Source: Alteraurantiacibacter sp. (GTDB lineage Bacteria > Pseudomonadota > Alphaproteobacteria > Sphingomonadales > Sphingomonadaceae). From it: a stretch of 42,761 nt of DNA. The stretch is from positions 1-42,761 of the forward strand of contig JBGSLI010000185.1 in NCBI GenBank assembly GCA_041740775.1, in the 5' to 3' direction. The notes under the pieces were generated by a model. That model searched no databases and had not been told where the DNA came from. It worked only from the letters and a program-made list of their open reading frames with translations. This document shows positions 10,316 through 20,289 of the stretch, piece by piece (within the stretch, counting starts at the first letter, position 1; the number at the start of each line of letters is the position of its first letter). The translations under genes were made by a program, and so were the position numbers.

Positions 10316-11365
10316 TCACCTGATCGTGACGGTGAAATAGAGCGTGCGCGTCAGGCCGCCGGCAATGTCCGACAGGCTTTCGTTCACGTTCGTATCGGCG
10401 ATCGTGTAGCCATCCACCTCGGTGCCACCGGTACATTGTCCGCCGCTCAGCGTGCCATCAACCATCACGTCACCGGTGGTGCCATAGGCATCGGGGAAGA
10501 ATTCCACTTCCAGCGGAAGATCATCGTCCACCACCACATTGGTGGCCGAGGCCGCTCCGGCAGCGTTGGTGACTGCGATGCAATATTGCACTCTGGCCCC
10601 GGGAATTGCCCTGGGATCGGTCGTAAGGTTGACCGGGTCCCAGATGACCGTGCTGAACTTCTGCACGCTCATCACCGCCGCATTTACCGCAACGGTGTGG
10701 CTGGCGGCATGATCACCCTGCGATGCGCTGTCGACACCGGCAATGCCGATACCGTCTGCCAGAACCGTTTCCACTGCGTTCGGATCATCGGCACCGGTCG
10801 AATCAACGATTTGTGCGCCGATTGCGCCGGAACCGGCCTCATGCGCGTTGGCAACCAGGATGATGTCGGTCGATTGGCCATTGCTGGCGGTCAATGGGAC
10901 ATCGAATGCAACCCAGACATTGCGGGTTTCGTCCTCGGCCATGGAATCGATGAAGGTGATTTGCTCGCCAGCATCGAAGACGCCGTTGGTGTTGAGATCG
11001 TCGAATACGACCACGTTTTGCGGCGCAAAATCGCCGCCCGCCGCGCCCGATGCGGTCAGCGCATAGCCGACGACCGCGTTCGAATCATTGGTGACCGTGA
11101 ACTGGCGAACGACGCCCGTCGTGCCCGCCGGGGCATTGGGCGATGCGCCCACGGCCGCAACCGTCACGTCAATCTTGCGGTCAACCAGAAAGGTGTCGCT
11201 ATCCTGGACAGCGGTCTGCTGGACACCACCGACCTGAAAATCGACGGTAACCGTATTGGTAATTGAATCGCCCGCGGTGGTCCCTTCGGCCATCGCCGGC
11301 GTCGCCGAGAAACTGACAAGCGCAAATGCGCTTACCGCTCCCAGCAGTTGCCTGCTGCGTTTCAT
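10316..11365 (-). CDS. Secreted DUF11-family protein, putative major filament subunit
   Basis: Signal peptide (..ATPAMA); mature N-terminus EGTTAGDSITNTVTVDF; C-terminal DUF11 (SVQK..AIPGARVQYCIAVTN..VVDDDLP..LYFTVTIR*); RBS GAGGA. Confidence 0.8.
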   Translation of the reverse strand: MKRSRQLLGAVSAFALVSFSATPAMAEGTTAGDSITNTVTVDFQVGGVQQTAVQDSDTFLVDRKIDVTVAAVGASPNAPAGTTGVVRQFTVTNDSNAVVGYALTASGAAGGDFAPQNVVVFDDLNTNGVFDAGEQITFIDSMAEDETRNVWVAFDVPLTASNGQSTDIILVANAHEAGSGAIGAQIVDSTGADDPNAVETVLADGIGIAGVDSASQGDHAASHTVAVNAAVMSVQKFSTVIWDPVNLTTDPRAIPGARVQYCIAVTNAAGAASATNVVVDDDLPLEVEFFPDAYGTTGDVMVDGTLSGGQCTGGTEVDGYTIADTNVNESLSDIAGGLTRTLYFTVTIR

Positions 11366-11434
11366 TGTCTTTGTCCTCGATATGTGACCCGCGAAAGTGC
11401 CGCCCGCGGGTGTCGGCGGTTATCCTCCGCCGAT

Positions 11435-11905
11435 TCAGCGGATGATGGCGGGATATTCGAGGCGCCCCGACCCGCCGGGTTCAACCACGGCGAGGGTCCA
11501 TCGAATATGCGTGACGTCGCGGTGTGCGGCCGGACGGATTGTTCCGTCCTCCGCAGTTACCGAAAGGTCGGATAGGCGGCCCCAGTTTGCACCGCCGTCA
11601 ACAGAGACCAGCAGATCCGGATCAGCGTCGGGCGCAAGGCGCACCGGGCCCGGCAGCGGATTGGTGACGACGAAGTTTTCGACCGGCTCGGAGCCCGTGT
11701 TGGCGTAGTTCGTCCCGAAAACCAGGCGATCGCCGGGCACGATTGTGCCTGGCACAACCAGGTCGACCCGCGTCTCGCCGCTGGCATCGACGGTTTCGAC
11801 AACGGCCTTGACATCGCCTTCAAGCGCGATGGGCTGCTCCTGGGCCTGTGCAGCGGGAGCCGCCGTCGCCAGGAGTACGCTACAAAATGCCACTATAAAA
11901 TTCAT
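11435..11905 (-). CDS. Small secreted single DUF11-like domain protein
   Basis: Signal peptide; IVPGDRLVFGTNYANTG..VVTNPLP..SVDGG..VTHIRWTL..PGGSGRLEYPAIIR. Confidence 0.8.
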   Translation of the reverse strand: MNFIVAFCSVLLATAAPAAQAQEQPIALEGDVKAVVETVDASGETRVDLVVPGTIVPGDRLVFGTNYANTGSEPVENFVVTNPLPGPVRLAPDADPDLLVSVDGGANWGRLSDLSVTAEDGTIRPAAHRDVTHIRWTLAVVEPGGSGRLEYPAIIR

Positions 11906-11937
11906 TGTTACAGCCCTTTATGAACCAAACCTTATAT

Positions 11938-12900
11938 TCAATCTACGATGACATCGAAGGTAATTGCCGGACTGGTCCCAGTAGCAACGGTACCCAGATC
12001 AACGGTGATGCCCGTTGCACCCGCTTCGCCTGCGTCATCACCCGCCGCATCGCTCAGCGGGTTGCCGTCCAGCGTAATCGTGCCTGCCGCATAGGTTGTG
12101 CCTGTGGGATAAGGATCGGTGATCAGGAGATTGCTCACTGAACCGCTGCCAGCGACATTTGCGGTAATGGTGTAGGTGATAACCGAGCCGGGCACCGTGC
12201 TGGTGCCGCCGAACGGATCGGCAACGCTCTGTTCCTTGACCAGCGTGACTGCTGTGACGCCCGCAATGACTGAGCCCATAGCAAAGCCCGTCCCCCCCGT
12301 GCTGCCGACAATGGCATTCACGCCGTTCACACCCTGGCCGGCAAAAGCGGTCCCTGGAACGCCGGTTCCGGTCACGGCTTCGGCAAGCAGTTCGACATCG
12401 CTTGTTTGTCCGTCGCCCGCCGAATTGGGCACGATGACATTTACAAAGACGGTGATCTTTTCGTCGGGAGCAAGTTCGGCGGTTGTTTCCGGCCCGGTCA
12501 GGATCTCGTCGATCCCTGCATCATAAATGCCGTTTCCGTTCGTATCGATCGCGATGCTTTCGATACTGGTGTCAAAATCATTTCCGGCGATGGCCGGGTT
12601 TGCCGTAAGCCGGAACGCTTCGGGACCGTTGCCTGTATTGGTCAGCTCGAAGCTGAGGGTAGCCGTGCCTGACGTTGTGGTTACCGGTGCCCCGTCGAGC
12701 GATGTGAGGGCAACATCGAGCAGCTCATCAACGGCGATTTCTACCGTATTGGATGCGACGGTTGCGACGCCCGCAGGCGTATTGAAGGTAGCCTGTGCCG
12801 TGTTCTGGATTATTGTTCCCGCATCGATACCCGTCGCATTTGCAGGCGAGGCATCGATCAGCACATTGGCCATTATCAGAAGGCATGCAGCGTGTTTCAT
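11938..12900 (-). CDS. Secreted DUF11-family protein, paralog of 10316..11365
   Basis: Signal peptide; GIDAGTIIQNTAQATF..SNTVEIAVD; TNTGNGPE; DTNGNGIYD; C-terminal TLVK..VPGSVITYTI..ITDPYP..ITFDVIVD*. Confidence 0.8.
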   Translation of the reverse strand: MKHAACLLIMANVLIDASPANATGIDAGTIIQNTAQATFNTPAGVATVASNTVEIAVDELLDVALTSLDGAPVTTTSGTATLSFELTNTGNGPEAFRLTANPAIAGNDFDTSIESIAIDTNGNGIYDAGIDEILTGPETTAELAPDEKITVFVNVIVPNSAGDGQTSDVELLAEAVTGTGVPGTAFAGQGVNGVNAIVGSTGGTGFAMGSVIAGVTAVTLVKEQSVADPFGGTSTVPGSVITYTITANVAGSGSVSNLLITDPYPTGTTYAAGTITLDGNPLSDAAGDDAGEAGATGITVDLGTVATGTSPAITFDVIVD

Positions 12901-13381
12901 GCCCGGCTTCTAAGGCTGTTAAGGTTAGCAACCGGTAAATATCTACGTAGAAAACACGTGATAGGCGGAAAAGGTATCATCAACCAAAGTCAGTGGAGTC
13001 GGCGCGATCGCCCGGGCTGCTCATGCAACGATGCGCGCGAGAGGGAATGCAGCCCTTGTGGGTCCACCTCCAGCAATCGTTCCGTGGCTATAGGGGTTGT
13101 TACGGTCGGACAGGATATGGCGAAGACACGCGACTGAAACGCGCGCATTCGGGATCGATGGTGTTATGTACGAATACTCAGGCGCGCGGGGCTATTTGGC
13201 TGATCAACAAATCTTCCAGATCGTCTGGTGGGATTGCAGGCGTGTGCGTGGCACTTCATCGGATATGGCTGCCGATCGGGTTACAGCACGATGTTCGGCG
13301 ATCACCACGCAAGCGTGGCCTGAAGGCGATCTTGCGCGATGTTGCGATGGATGTCGGAAGCACGCTCTCTCTGGACCGGTG

Positions 13382-13620
13382 ATGATCGGGAATGCCGACG
13401 ACCAGGATTCAAGCAGTCATGCGACTCTTCCCATTGAGGTTCTGGGACGCGTGTCGGGCCGTCGGCGCTGGACGGTGGAGCAGAAGCTGGCGATCATGCG
13501 GGACGCCTTCGGGATGGGTGAACTGACCGGCACGAAGCGGATGGCGGTGGCCGCGTTTGCCGGGGTCGAGGTGTGGGAGCCCTTGCTTCCAGCTGTCGCA
13601 GCATCAGCGCAAGCACGCCG
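13382..13620 (+). pseudogene. IS66 TnpA-like transposase accessory gene remnant
   Basis: IEVLGRVSGRRRWTVEQKLAIMRDAFG resembles the TnpA start; the HTH core is missing. Confidence 0.6.
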
Positions 13621-13696
13621 TCAGATCGCGATTGCGCTCATTGGGGAGAGGAGAGGAACGCTGTCGGGGGGGCATTTCGCAAGCTGAGGAGCCCGC

Positions 13697-13960
13697 ATGT
13701 CCCCGTCCGACTACACTTTTCCCAACCATTCCATTGCCGAGACTGCGCGCCGCATTTGCGAAACCCGAAGCGGAAAATGGTCGGGCACAAAGGGCATGGC
13801 CCGCTGCCCTGCGCATGATGACCGCACGCCTTCGCTTGGCGTGTCGCTCGGTCGACAGGCTATCCTCTTCCATTGCTTTGCGGGATGCAATCAGCAGAGC
13901 GTGCTGTCGGCATTAGCGCGCGAAGGATTCGAGGCTCCTGCGCTTTTCTCAGGGCCTACA
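13697..13960 (+). pseudogene. N-terminal zinc-finger fragment of an ICE/plasmid primase (toprim-associated)
   Basis: GKWSG..GMARCPAHDDRTPSL..ILFHCFAGC; GAGGAG RBS; homology stops near 13960, where strawberry-notch sequence begins. Confidence 0.75.
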
Positions 13961-14958
13961 TCGGCTGGGCGATCATTCACCGCAATCTTGAGGCGGCGCT
14001 CGAAGCAACGCGGGTGGTCGACGAGGACAGCGGCGATACGCTCAACCGGAATGCCAAAGCGGCAGCGCTCTCGATCTTCGAAGGCACCAAGCAGCGCTTC
14101 TTTGCCCAGCTCCTGCTCTCGATGAAACTGCCGAGCCTGATCCCGGCGATGGAAGAAGCACTTGGCGAAAGCCATTCGGTGGTCGTGCAGCTGGTCTCGA
14201 CCGCCGAAGCCATGCTCGACCGGCGCCTTGCCGACCTCTCCGAAGAAGAACGCGAAACGCTCGATATCGATCTGTCCCCGCGTGAATACGTCATCGACTA
14301 CCTTACCAAGAGCTTCCCTGTGCGCCTGATGCAGGTCTTCGCAGACGAAGACGGCAATCTTCGTTCCGAGGCGATGAGCGACGAGGAGGGTAATCCCGTT
14401 TTCTGTCCCCGCGCCTTGGCCGCGCGCGATGCGCTGATCGAGCAGCTCTGCGCGTTGCCGCCCATCGCAACAGCACTCGATGCGATCATCGAGCATTTCG
14501 GGACCGAGTCAGTGGCGGAGGTTACGGGCCGGACCCGCAGGCTGGTATCGGGCCGCGATGGTCAGCAGCGCCTCGAACGGCGTAGTCCCAGTGCCAATGT
14601 CGCCGAAGCGCAAAGCTTCATGGAAGGGACCAAGCGCATCCTCGTCTTCTCGGATGCGGGCGGCACGGGGCGCTCCTACCATGCCGACCTTGGCTGCCGG
14701 AACCAGCAGCGCCGGATGCATTTCCTGCTCGAGCCGGGCTGGCGCGCTGACAACGCGATCCAGGGACTCGGCCGCACCAACCGCACCAACCAGGCCTCGG
14801 CCCCGTTGTTCCGGCCGGTGACGACCGATGTGAAGGGCGAACGCCGGTTCATCTCGACCATTGCCCGCAGGCTTGATGCCCTCGGCGCGCTGACGCGCGG
14901 TCAGCGCCAGACCGGCGGGCAGAACCTGTTCGACCCGGCTGACAATCTTGAAAGCGAC
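13960..14958 (+). pseudogene. Strawberry-notch family helicase C-terminal fragment (truncated at both ends)
   Basis: FEGTKQRFF..VVQLVSTAEA..VAEVTGR..ILVFSDAGGTGRSYHAD..LLEPGWRADNAIQGLGRTNRTNQ..GERRFISTIARRLDALGALTRGQRQTGGQNLF..DNLES, then an abrupt switch to integrase sequence. Confidence 0.85.
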
Positions 14959-15923
14959 CAGCCACGGCTCGCCGCCTCGCGCGGGCGAAGCTTGCCGAAG
15001 TGGCGCTGGATGGGCTGCCGACGCGAAAGAAGGCCCGCGCTGCGCAGAAGAGCGATGCACCCCTGCTGCGCGACTACGCCGAACGCTTCTGGGCCGACTA
15101 CGCGCGCCACTGGAAACCATCGACCCGCAAACGCAACGAGGCGGTAATCTTCAAGGAAATCCTCGGTGCGTTCGGCGACCGGCGGATCGATGAACTGGCC
15201 AAGGGCGATATCCTGTTCTGGCGCGACAGCTTTGTTGAGCGACCCGGAGTATTCAACCGCACCCTGCCAGTGTTCTCCGTGATGATGGGATATGCGGAGC
15301 GATTTGGCCTGCGCCCGCGCGGCTCTAATCCCTGCAAGGGCACGCCGCGCTACAAGCGCAAACCGATGGAGCGGTTTCTGTCGCCACACGAATATGGGCG
15401 GCTTGCCACAGCATTGCGGGACTATGAAGCGGAGCAGCCGCTCTATGTCGCGGCGATCCGCCTTCTGATCTTCACTGGCGCGCGCTGCGGGGAGATCGAG
15501 CAACTGCGCTGGGAATGGGTGCAAGAGCCGCGCCTAATGTTGCCGGACAGTAAGACCGGCGCGAAGTTCATCTATCTCAACCGACAGGCCATAGATGTGA
15601 TAGCAGCTCTGCCAGACCGGAAGCCGACAGGCCTGCTGTTTCCCTCGTTCCGCAATCCCGACAAGCCGATCACGCTTGGCATTCACTGGTCGAAAATCCG
15701 AAACCACGCGGCGTTACCGGACGTGCGGCTGCACGACCTGCGCCATAGCTTCGCTTCGGTCGCAATCCGCGACAACATCTCGCTGATGGTGATAGGCAAG
15801 CTGCTGGGCCATGCGCTGGCAGAAACGACGATCAGATATGCACACCTGTCCGACGAGATCGTCGCCGATGCGGCGGAACGCGTTTCCGGCTCCATCGCCC
15901 GCCTGATCGGAGTCGGGCAATGA
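14959..15923 (+). CDS. Tyrosine recombinase/integrase, N-terminal arm domain largely lost
   Basis: FTGARCGEI, DSKTG, HDLRHSFAS, LLGH, TIRYAH. The frame extends upstream only to TARRLARAKLAEV at the junction with strawberry-notch. Confidence 0.8.
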
Positions 15924-17161
15924 ACGCGCTGACCCTGCGGGGGATCGTCGCCGAGGAACTCGGCAATCTTCGGCTCCATGTTGTCGGCAACAGCGCTGGC
16001 ATGGGCGAGCTGCGCAAGACGTGCTGGACGCGCGACCTGCCCGGCTTTGGCACCCGGCACTACGCCAGCGGGCGCAAGGTCTACATCGTCCAGGCACGGA
16101 TGGAAGGCCGCACCCGCACGGTGACAATCGGCAACGCCAAGGTGTTGAGCCGTGCGCAGGCGATGGATGTGGCGCGCCGCGTCCTGTTCCGCGCCCAGAC
16201 CGGCGACAACCCGGCGGAGGAGCGCAAGCGGCTGCGCAAGGTTCCGTCCTACCGCGACTTCCTGAAGACCTACTGGGACCGCGTATCGCCCAAGTGGAAG
16301 CCGTCCACGGTATACACCCACCGCTACTACAAGCGGAAATACCTCGACCGCGCATTCGAGGGCCTGTTCCTCGATGAGATCGAGGAACGCCATGTGCAGG
16401 AATGGTTCAACCGGATTACCAACACCGGCGGACCCGGCGCTGCCAACCGTTGCGGTGAAATCCTTCGAGCGATGTTCAACAAGGCCGAGCAATGGGGCGT
16501 GCGGCCCGAAGGATCGAACCCTTGCCTCTAAATCCGCAAGAACAAGGGAAGGAAATGCGAGCGCTTCCTGTCCGATCAGGAGTTCAGGCGGATCGGGGAA
16601 GTGCTCAACCGGCACGGCAAAACCTTTCCGCTGCATTGCGCGGCGATCAGCCTGCTGATCCTGACCGGCTGCCGCAAGTCGGAGATTACATGCCTCAAAT
16701 GGAGCGAAGTGCGAGGGAGGCGTTTGCTGCTGACCGACAGCAAGACCGGCCCGCGCACGGTCTGGCTAGCCGAAGCGGCAGCGACGATCCTGCACGCCCT
16801 GCCGCGCCGGGAGAAGCAGCGGTATGTGTTCTGGAACCCGGCCACCCAGCGCCCGATTACCGATATCGGTAACTTGTGGAGCAGGCTGCGTGACGAGGCG
16901 GGCCTACTCGGCGTCCGCATCCACGATCTGCGGCACAGCTTTGCCAGCCATGCCGCCACCCATTCTGAAACCCTGCCGATGATCGGCAAGCTGCTGGGCC
17001 ATGCCGATGTTCGGACCACGACCCGCTATGCCCATCTTGACGATGGGCATGTCATCGAGGCAGCGCAGCGCATCGGCGACTGGATCGAGCAAAACATGAG
17101 CGGCTCATATTCATTGAGCCGTAACACTAAGTATGATAGTGAACCGTTGCTGCATGACTAA
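15920..17161 (+). pseudogene. Tyrosine integrase with an in-frame nonsense codon (TAA 16529-16531)
   Basis: ORFs 15920..16531 and 16601..17161 are in the same frame and read ..SNPCL*IRKNKGRKCERFLS..; arm domain (LPGFGTR..SGRKVY), TGCRKSEI, DSKTG, HDLRHSFAS, TTRYAH. Confidence 0.9.
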
Positions 17162-17552
17162 GAATCCGCGCATCCGCATCTACGCCAACCGCTGGTTCGC
17201 CAAGTTCGCGGCAAAGGAAAAGATCAGCGATGCCACGCTTGCCGATGCCGTGCATCGGGCCGAATCCGGCCTGATCGATGCCGATCTTGGCAGCGGTCTC
17301 ATCAAGCAGCGCATCGCGCGCCACGGCGGAGGCAAATCGGGCGGTTATCGCTCGATTCTGATCTTCAGCTCAGGCGAGCGGGCCATATTCGTGTTTGCCT
17401 TCGCCAAGAGCGACAAGGCAAACCTGAATGCGGCGGAACTGAAGGTCTATCGCAAGGCCGCCAGCATCATGCTGGAGCTGGGCGATGACCAGATTGAAAC
17501 GGAAGTTGAATCAGGCCGACTGGTCGAGGTGAAAAACGATGAGCAAGGCTAA
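17154..17552 (+). CDS. Type II TA toxin, RelE/ParE-like
   Basis: RWFAKFA..GLIDADLGSGLIKQRIAR.GGGKSGGYRS..FAFAKSDKANL; overlaps a downstream HTH gene. Confidence 0.9.
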   Translation: MTKNPRIRIYANRWFAKFAAKEKISDATLADAVHRAESGLIDADLGSGLIKQRIARHGGGKSGGYRSILIFSSGERAIFVFAFAKSDKANLNAAELKVYRKAASIMLELGDDQIETEVESGRLVEVKNDEQG

Positions 17553-17868
17553 GGCAAAGACCTACAAGAGCGAGGCGATGGCCGCCGTTCACGAGATGAT
17601 GGAAGGCCTCCACGACGCGGGCAGCATCGACAAGCGCACCATGCGCGAGTTCGATGAAGCCTGCCTTGCGCCTGCGCCCGTCCTGTCGCCCGACGAGATC
17701 AAGGCGATCCGAGAGGCAGAGCATGTCTCGCAGCCGGTGTTCGCGCGCTATCTCAACGTATCGAAGAACCTCGTTTCGGACTGGGAACGCGGAGCGAAGA
17801 AGCCGGGAGGCCCCGCGCTGCGGCTCCTTTCGATCATCCAGCGCGGTGGATTGGATGCGGTGGCTTGA
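17539..17868 (+). CDS. XRE-family HTH antitoxin (HigA-like)
   Basis: IDKRTMREFDEAC..LSPDEIKAIRE..VSQPVFARYLNVSKNLVSDWERG.KKPGGPALRLL. Confidence 0.9.
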   Translation: MSKAKAKTYKSEAMAAVHEMMEGLHDAGSIDKRTMREFDEACLAPAPVLSPDEIKAIREAEHVSQPVFARYLNVSKNLVSDWERGAKKPGGPALRLLSIIQRGGLDAVA

Positions 17869-17900
17869 ACTGGGCCAGCAACGCAGGAGCAGCGGAGCGC

Positions 17901-19040
17901 ATGGAAACTCGAAATTGGCCGCCGGCGGGTCATCGTGAGCCGACCATCGTAGTATATGCTGACCTACAATCGCTGGAAGCGTTGACGGGAATCGCCGCGC
18001 GCGGCGGCGATATTCTGGCGGAGCTTTTCGACTATGCCATTCTGGACGGTTCGGATGATACATGGGTGCACGCACTTCCCAACGGTACCAAGCGTGTTTC
18101 CTTGGAAGACCTAGGTCGGACTCTGCCTTCCGATGCCGTGTTCCTAGTGGGCGGTCCGATGGCTTCGAAGCGGATCAATCAGCTGGCGCTGGCGGGCTAT
18201 CCCCACGTCTACAACTTCAACGAAATCGCGCGCGAGATGTCGGCCAAGCTGCGGCTGCTGGTAGCGCTTGCGCCCGGTTTTGCGGGCAGTAGGGTTCCCG
18301 CGATGCTCGACCCGGTCGGCCAGACCGAGCCGCATCATACGCTGATCGAACCGCTCCATCTGCCGCTACCCTCGCGACTGGTCTTTCTGGTCAACAGCCT
18401 GCCCAAATCGGGCTCAGTGTGGCTGTGCGGGATGCTCGAACATGTGCTTGACGTTTCTGGTTCTGACCGGGTTCGTATTTCGCACTGTGCCGATCTCGTC
18501 TTCGACCAGAACCAGCCCAATCTCGGCGGTGCGGTTTCGCTGGTCCGTGATATGCGCGACGTTGTGGTCTCTTGGTTTTACGATGTCGCTAACTCCGATC
18601 TGAGAACCGGCTTCGAACGCGCGCGCTACCCCGATATCGCCAGCTTTTATTTCGAATGCTTTGTCGGGCTGATCGGGAAATCGGATCGTTATTTTGGCGG
18701 GGACCTGGTCGGGTGGATTGATCGCAACTGTGCGAATTACTGTCCGCTGATCAGGTATGAGGACATGGTCGCGGATCCGCAGGGGGCCCTGACCAAGGTC
18801 CTCAATGCCTGGCGGATTCGCGTGCCCGAAGCGCGAGTGGCGGCCGCGGTGCGGGCCTTCGAGCCCTTCAGGCTGCGAAAGGCAGGCGGGCCGCGCGATG
18901 GGTATGTCGGCAAGATGTATCGGCGCGGCCACTTGCGCAATCCAGGATCGGGCAATTGGCAGAATGAACTGCCAGCCGAAGTCTTGAGAGATATCGAGCG
19001 GCGCTTTGCCGACTACCAACAAAGGCTTGGCTACGCCTGA
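17901..19040 (+). CDS. Sulfotransferase-domain protein with an N-terminal extension
   Basis: PAPS-binding motifs NSLPKSGSVWL (5'-PSB) and VRDMRDVVVSWF (3'-PB), plus IRYEDM and R.PGSGNWQNEL. Start taken at ATG 17901; the ORF is open from 17865. Confidence 0.85.
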   Translation: METRNWPPAGHREPTIVVYADLQSLEALTGIAARGGDILAELFDYAILDGSDDTWVHALPNGTKRVSLEDLGRTLPSDAVFLVGGPMASKRINQLALAGYPHVYNFNEIAREMSAKLRLLVALAPGFAGSRVPAMLDPVGQTEPHHTLIEPLHLPLPSRLVFLVNSLPKSGSVWLCGMLEHVLDVSGSDRVRISHCADLVFDQNQPNLGGAVSLVRDMRDVVVSWFYDVANSDLRTGFERARYPDIASFYFECFVGLIGKSDRYFGGDLVGWIDRNCANYCPLIRYEDMVADPQGALTKVLNAWRIRVPEARVAAAVRAFEPFRLRKAGGPRDGYVGKMYRRGHLRNPGSGNWQNELPAEVLRDIERRFADYQQRLGYA

Positions 19041-19043
19041 GGC

Positions 19044-20246
19044 CTAGGCTGGCTGGCGCAACTGATCTGACACGAAAGTGGCTACCGCGTCGGTCAACGT
19101 CTTGACGTGGATTACGCATTCAGTGGTCTCGCCTGATGCGAAGTCACCGTTTTCTACTAGCTGGGTGAGCTCGAATCCGCCAGGGCACATGGCATAATAG
19201 TCGCAGCTCTGTGCACAATGACGATGACTCTTGCCGAAATCGTCCATCATACGCTCAAGTTTGTCTCCGCCGAGCATCTGAGCGAGCGTCTGCTTCTCGA
19301 TATTGCCGAGGCTAAGTCCCTTTCCATCGCCGTAAAGATCGGCCAGAAACTCGGCGTTGAGACCGGCGTAGAAAGTTGTGATCTCGCCACGAGCATCGCA
19401 GTTGAGCTGGCGCAAGGGCGCGGTTCCGAGGCGGACGAAATCGGGCGCATCCGGCCCAGTCGCAGCACGGATCCGCCCCAGCGTCTGCGAGAAATTTCGC
19501 ACCGGCAACTTGCTTCCCTCAGCATTTTGCGCAAGCGACAGCATAGCACGGTAGAATTCGGCATATTTTTGGGTGTCGTCGCGCGAATAGCCAATCTGTG
19601 GCCCTCCATCCGCGTGGTTGGCGAGGATGTTGAAGTGGAAATCGGTGAGGACATCTGCGCGGGCGAGAAAGAAGTCGATGAACTCTTGCGGCTGCGCCAA
19701 TGTCTCTGCTGTCACAACTGCGATCGCGTTGAATGCAATGCCGCGCTCCGCCAGCAGATCCATCCCACGCTCGGTCTGCGCGTGCGAGCCGCGTCCCGAC
19801 CAGTTGACGCGCAGCGGATCGTGCAGTTCGCGCGGGCCGTCGCAGCTGACGCCGAGCCGCAAATGGTCGCGGTGGCGATCGAAGAACGCGCACCAATTCT
19901 CGTCGATGAGCGTCGCGTTTGTCTGAAAATCAAATGTGATGCCGGCGGGCGTTCCGGGACCGTCGAAGTTGAGCGCCAAGATGAGATCAATCGCCTCGTC
20001 ATAATACTCGGGTGGCAGCGAGAGCGGCTCGCCCGAATGCCAAACGATCGAGACTTCGTCAGCAAGCAGTTCCAGTTGCTTGATCTGTGAGAAAAGCTCG
20101 CCGATCATCGGAATCGGCATTCTGTGGGAGAGTTTACGGCTGGCCGGACTCAGATCGCAATAAGTGCAATTGAGATTGCACAGCGGCGTCCCCTGAAGAA
20201 CGATCATCTCGACCGGAAGGAGGTCAACTGGCCTAGAATCTATCAC
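19044..20246 (-). CDS. Radical SAM/SPASM peptide maturase, GrrM/OscB (cyclophane-forming)-like
   Basis: LQGTPLCNLNCTYC (CxxxCxxC), IVWHSGEPL, FQTNATLI, GVSCDGP, C-terminal CAQSCDYYAMCPGG..ETTEC; layout matches GrrM-type enzymes. Confidence 0.85.
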   Translation of the reverse strand: MIDSRPVDLLPVEMIVLQGTPLCNLNCTYCDLSPASRKLSHRMPIPMIGELFSQIKQLELLADEVSIVWHSGEPLSLPPEYYDEAIDLILALNFDGPGTPAGITFDFQTNATLIDENWCAFFDRHRDHLRLGVSCDGPRELHDPLRVNWSGRGSHAQTERGMDLLAERGIAFNAIAVVTAETLAQPQEFIDFFLARADVLTDFHFNILANHADGGPQIGYSRDDTQKYAEFYRAMLSLAQNAEGSKLPVRNFSQTLGRIRAATGPDAPDFVRLGTAPLRQLNCDARGEITTFYAGLNAEFLADLYGDGKGLSLGNIEKQTLAQMLGGDKLERMMDDFGKSHRHCAQSCDYYAMCPGGFELTQLVENGDFASGETTECVIHVKTLTDAVATFVSDQLRQPA

Positions 20247-20289
20247 TTACCAATGCCCCCGCGCCGGATAGAACCGTGCTACTGTTTTG

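Noticed and set aside
16529-16531. Programmed readthrough in the second tandem integrase
   Set aside because: TAA is not a usual recoding codon and the neighbouring genes are decayed, so a simple nonsense mutation is more likely.
19044-20246. Radical SAM as an anaerobic sulfatase maturase because of the adjacent sulfur-related gene
   Set aside because: The neighbour is a sulfotransferase, not a sulfatase; the C-terminal Cys pattern and the upstream peptide fit GrrM/OscB-type peptide maturases better. An HMM check is still needed.
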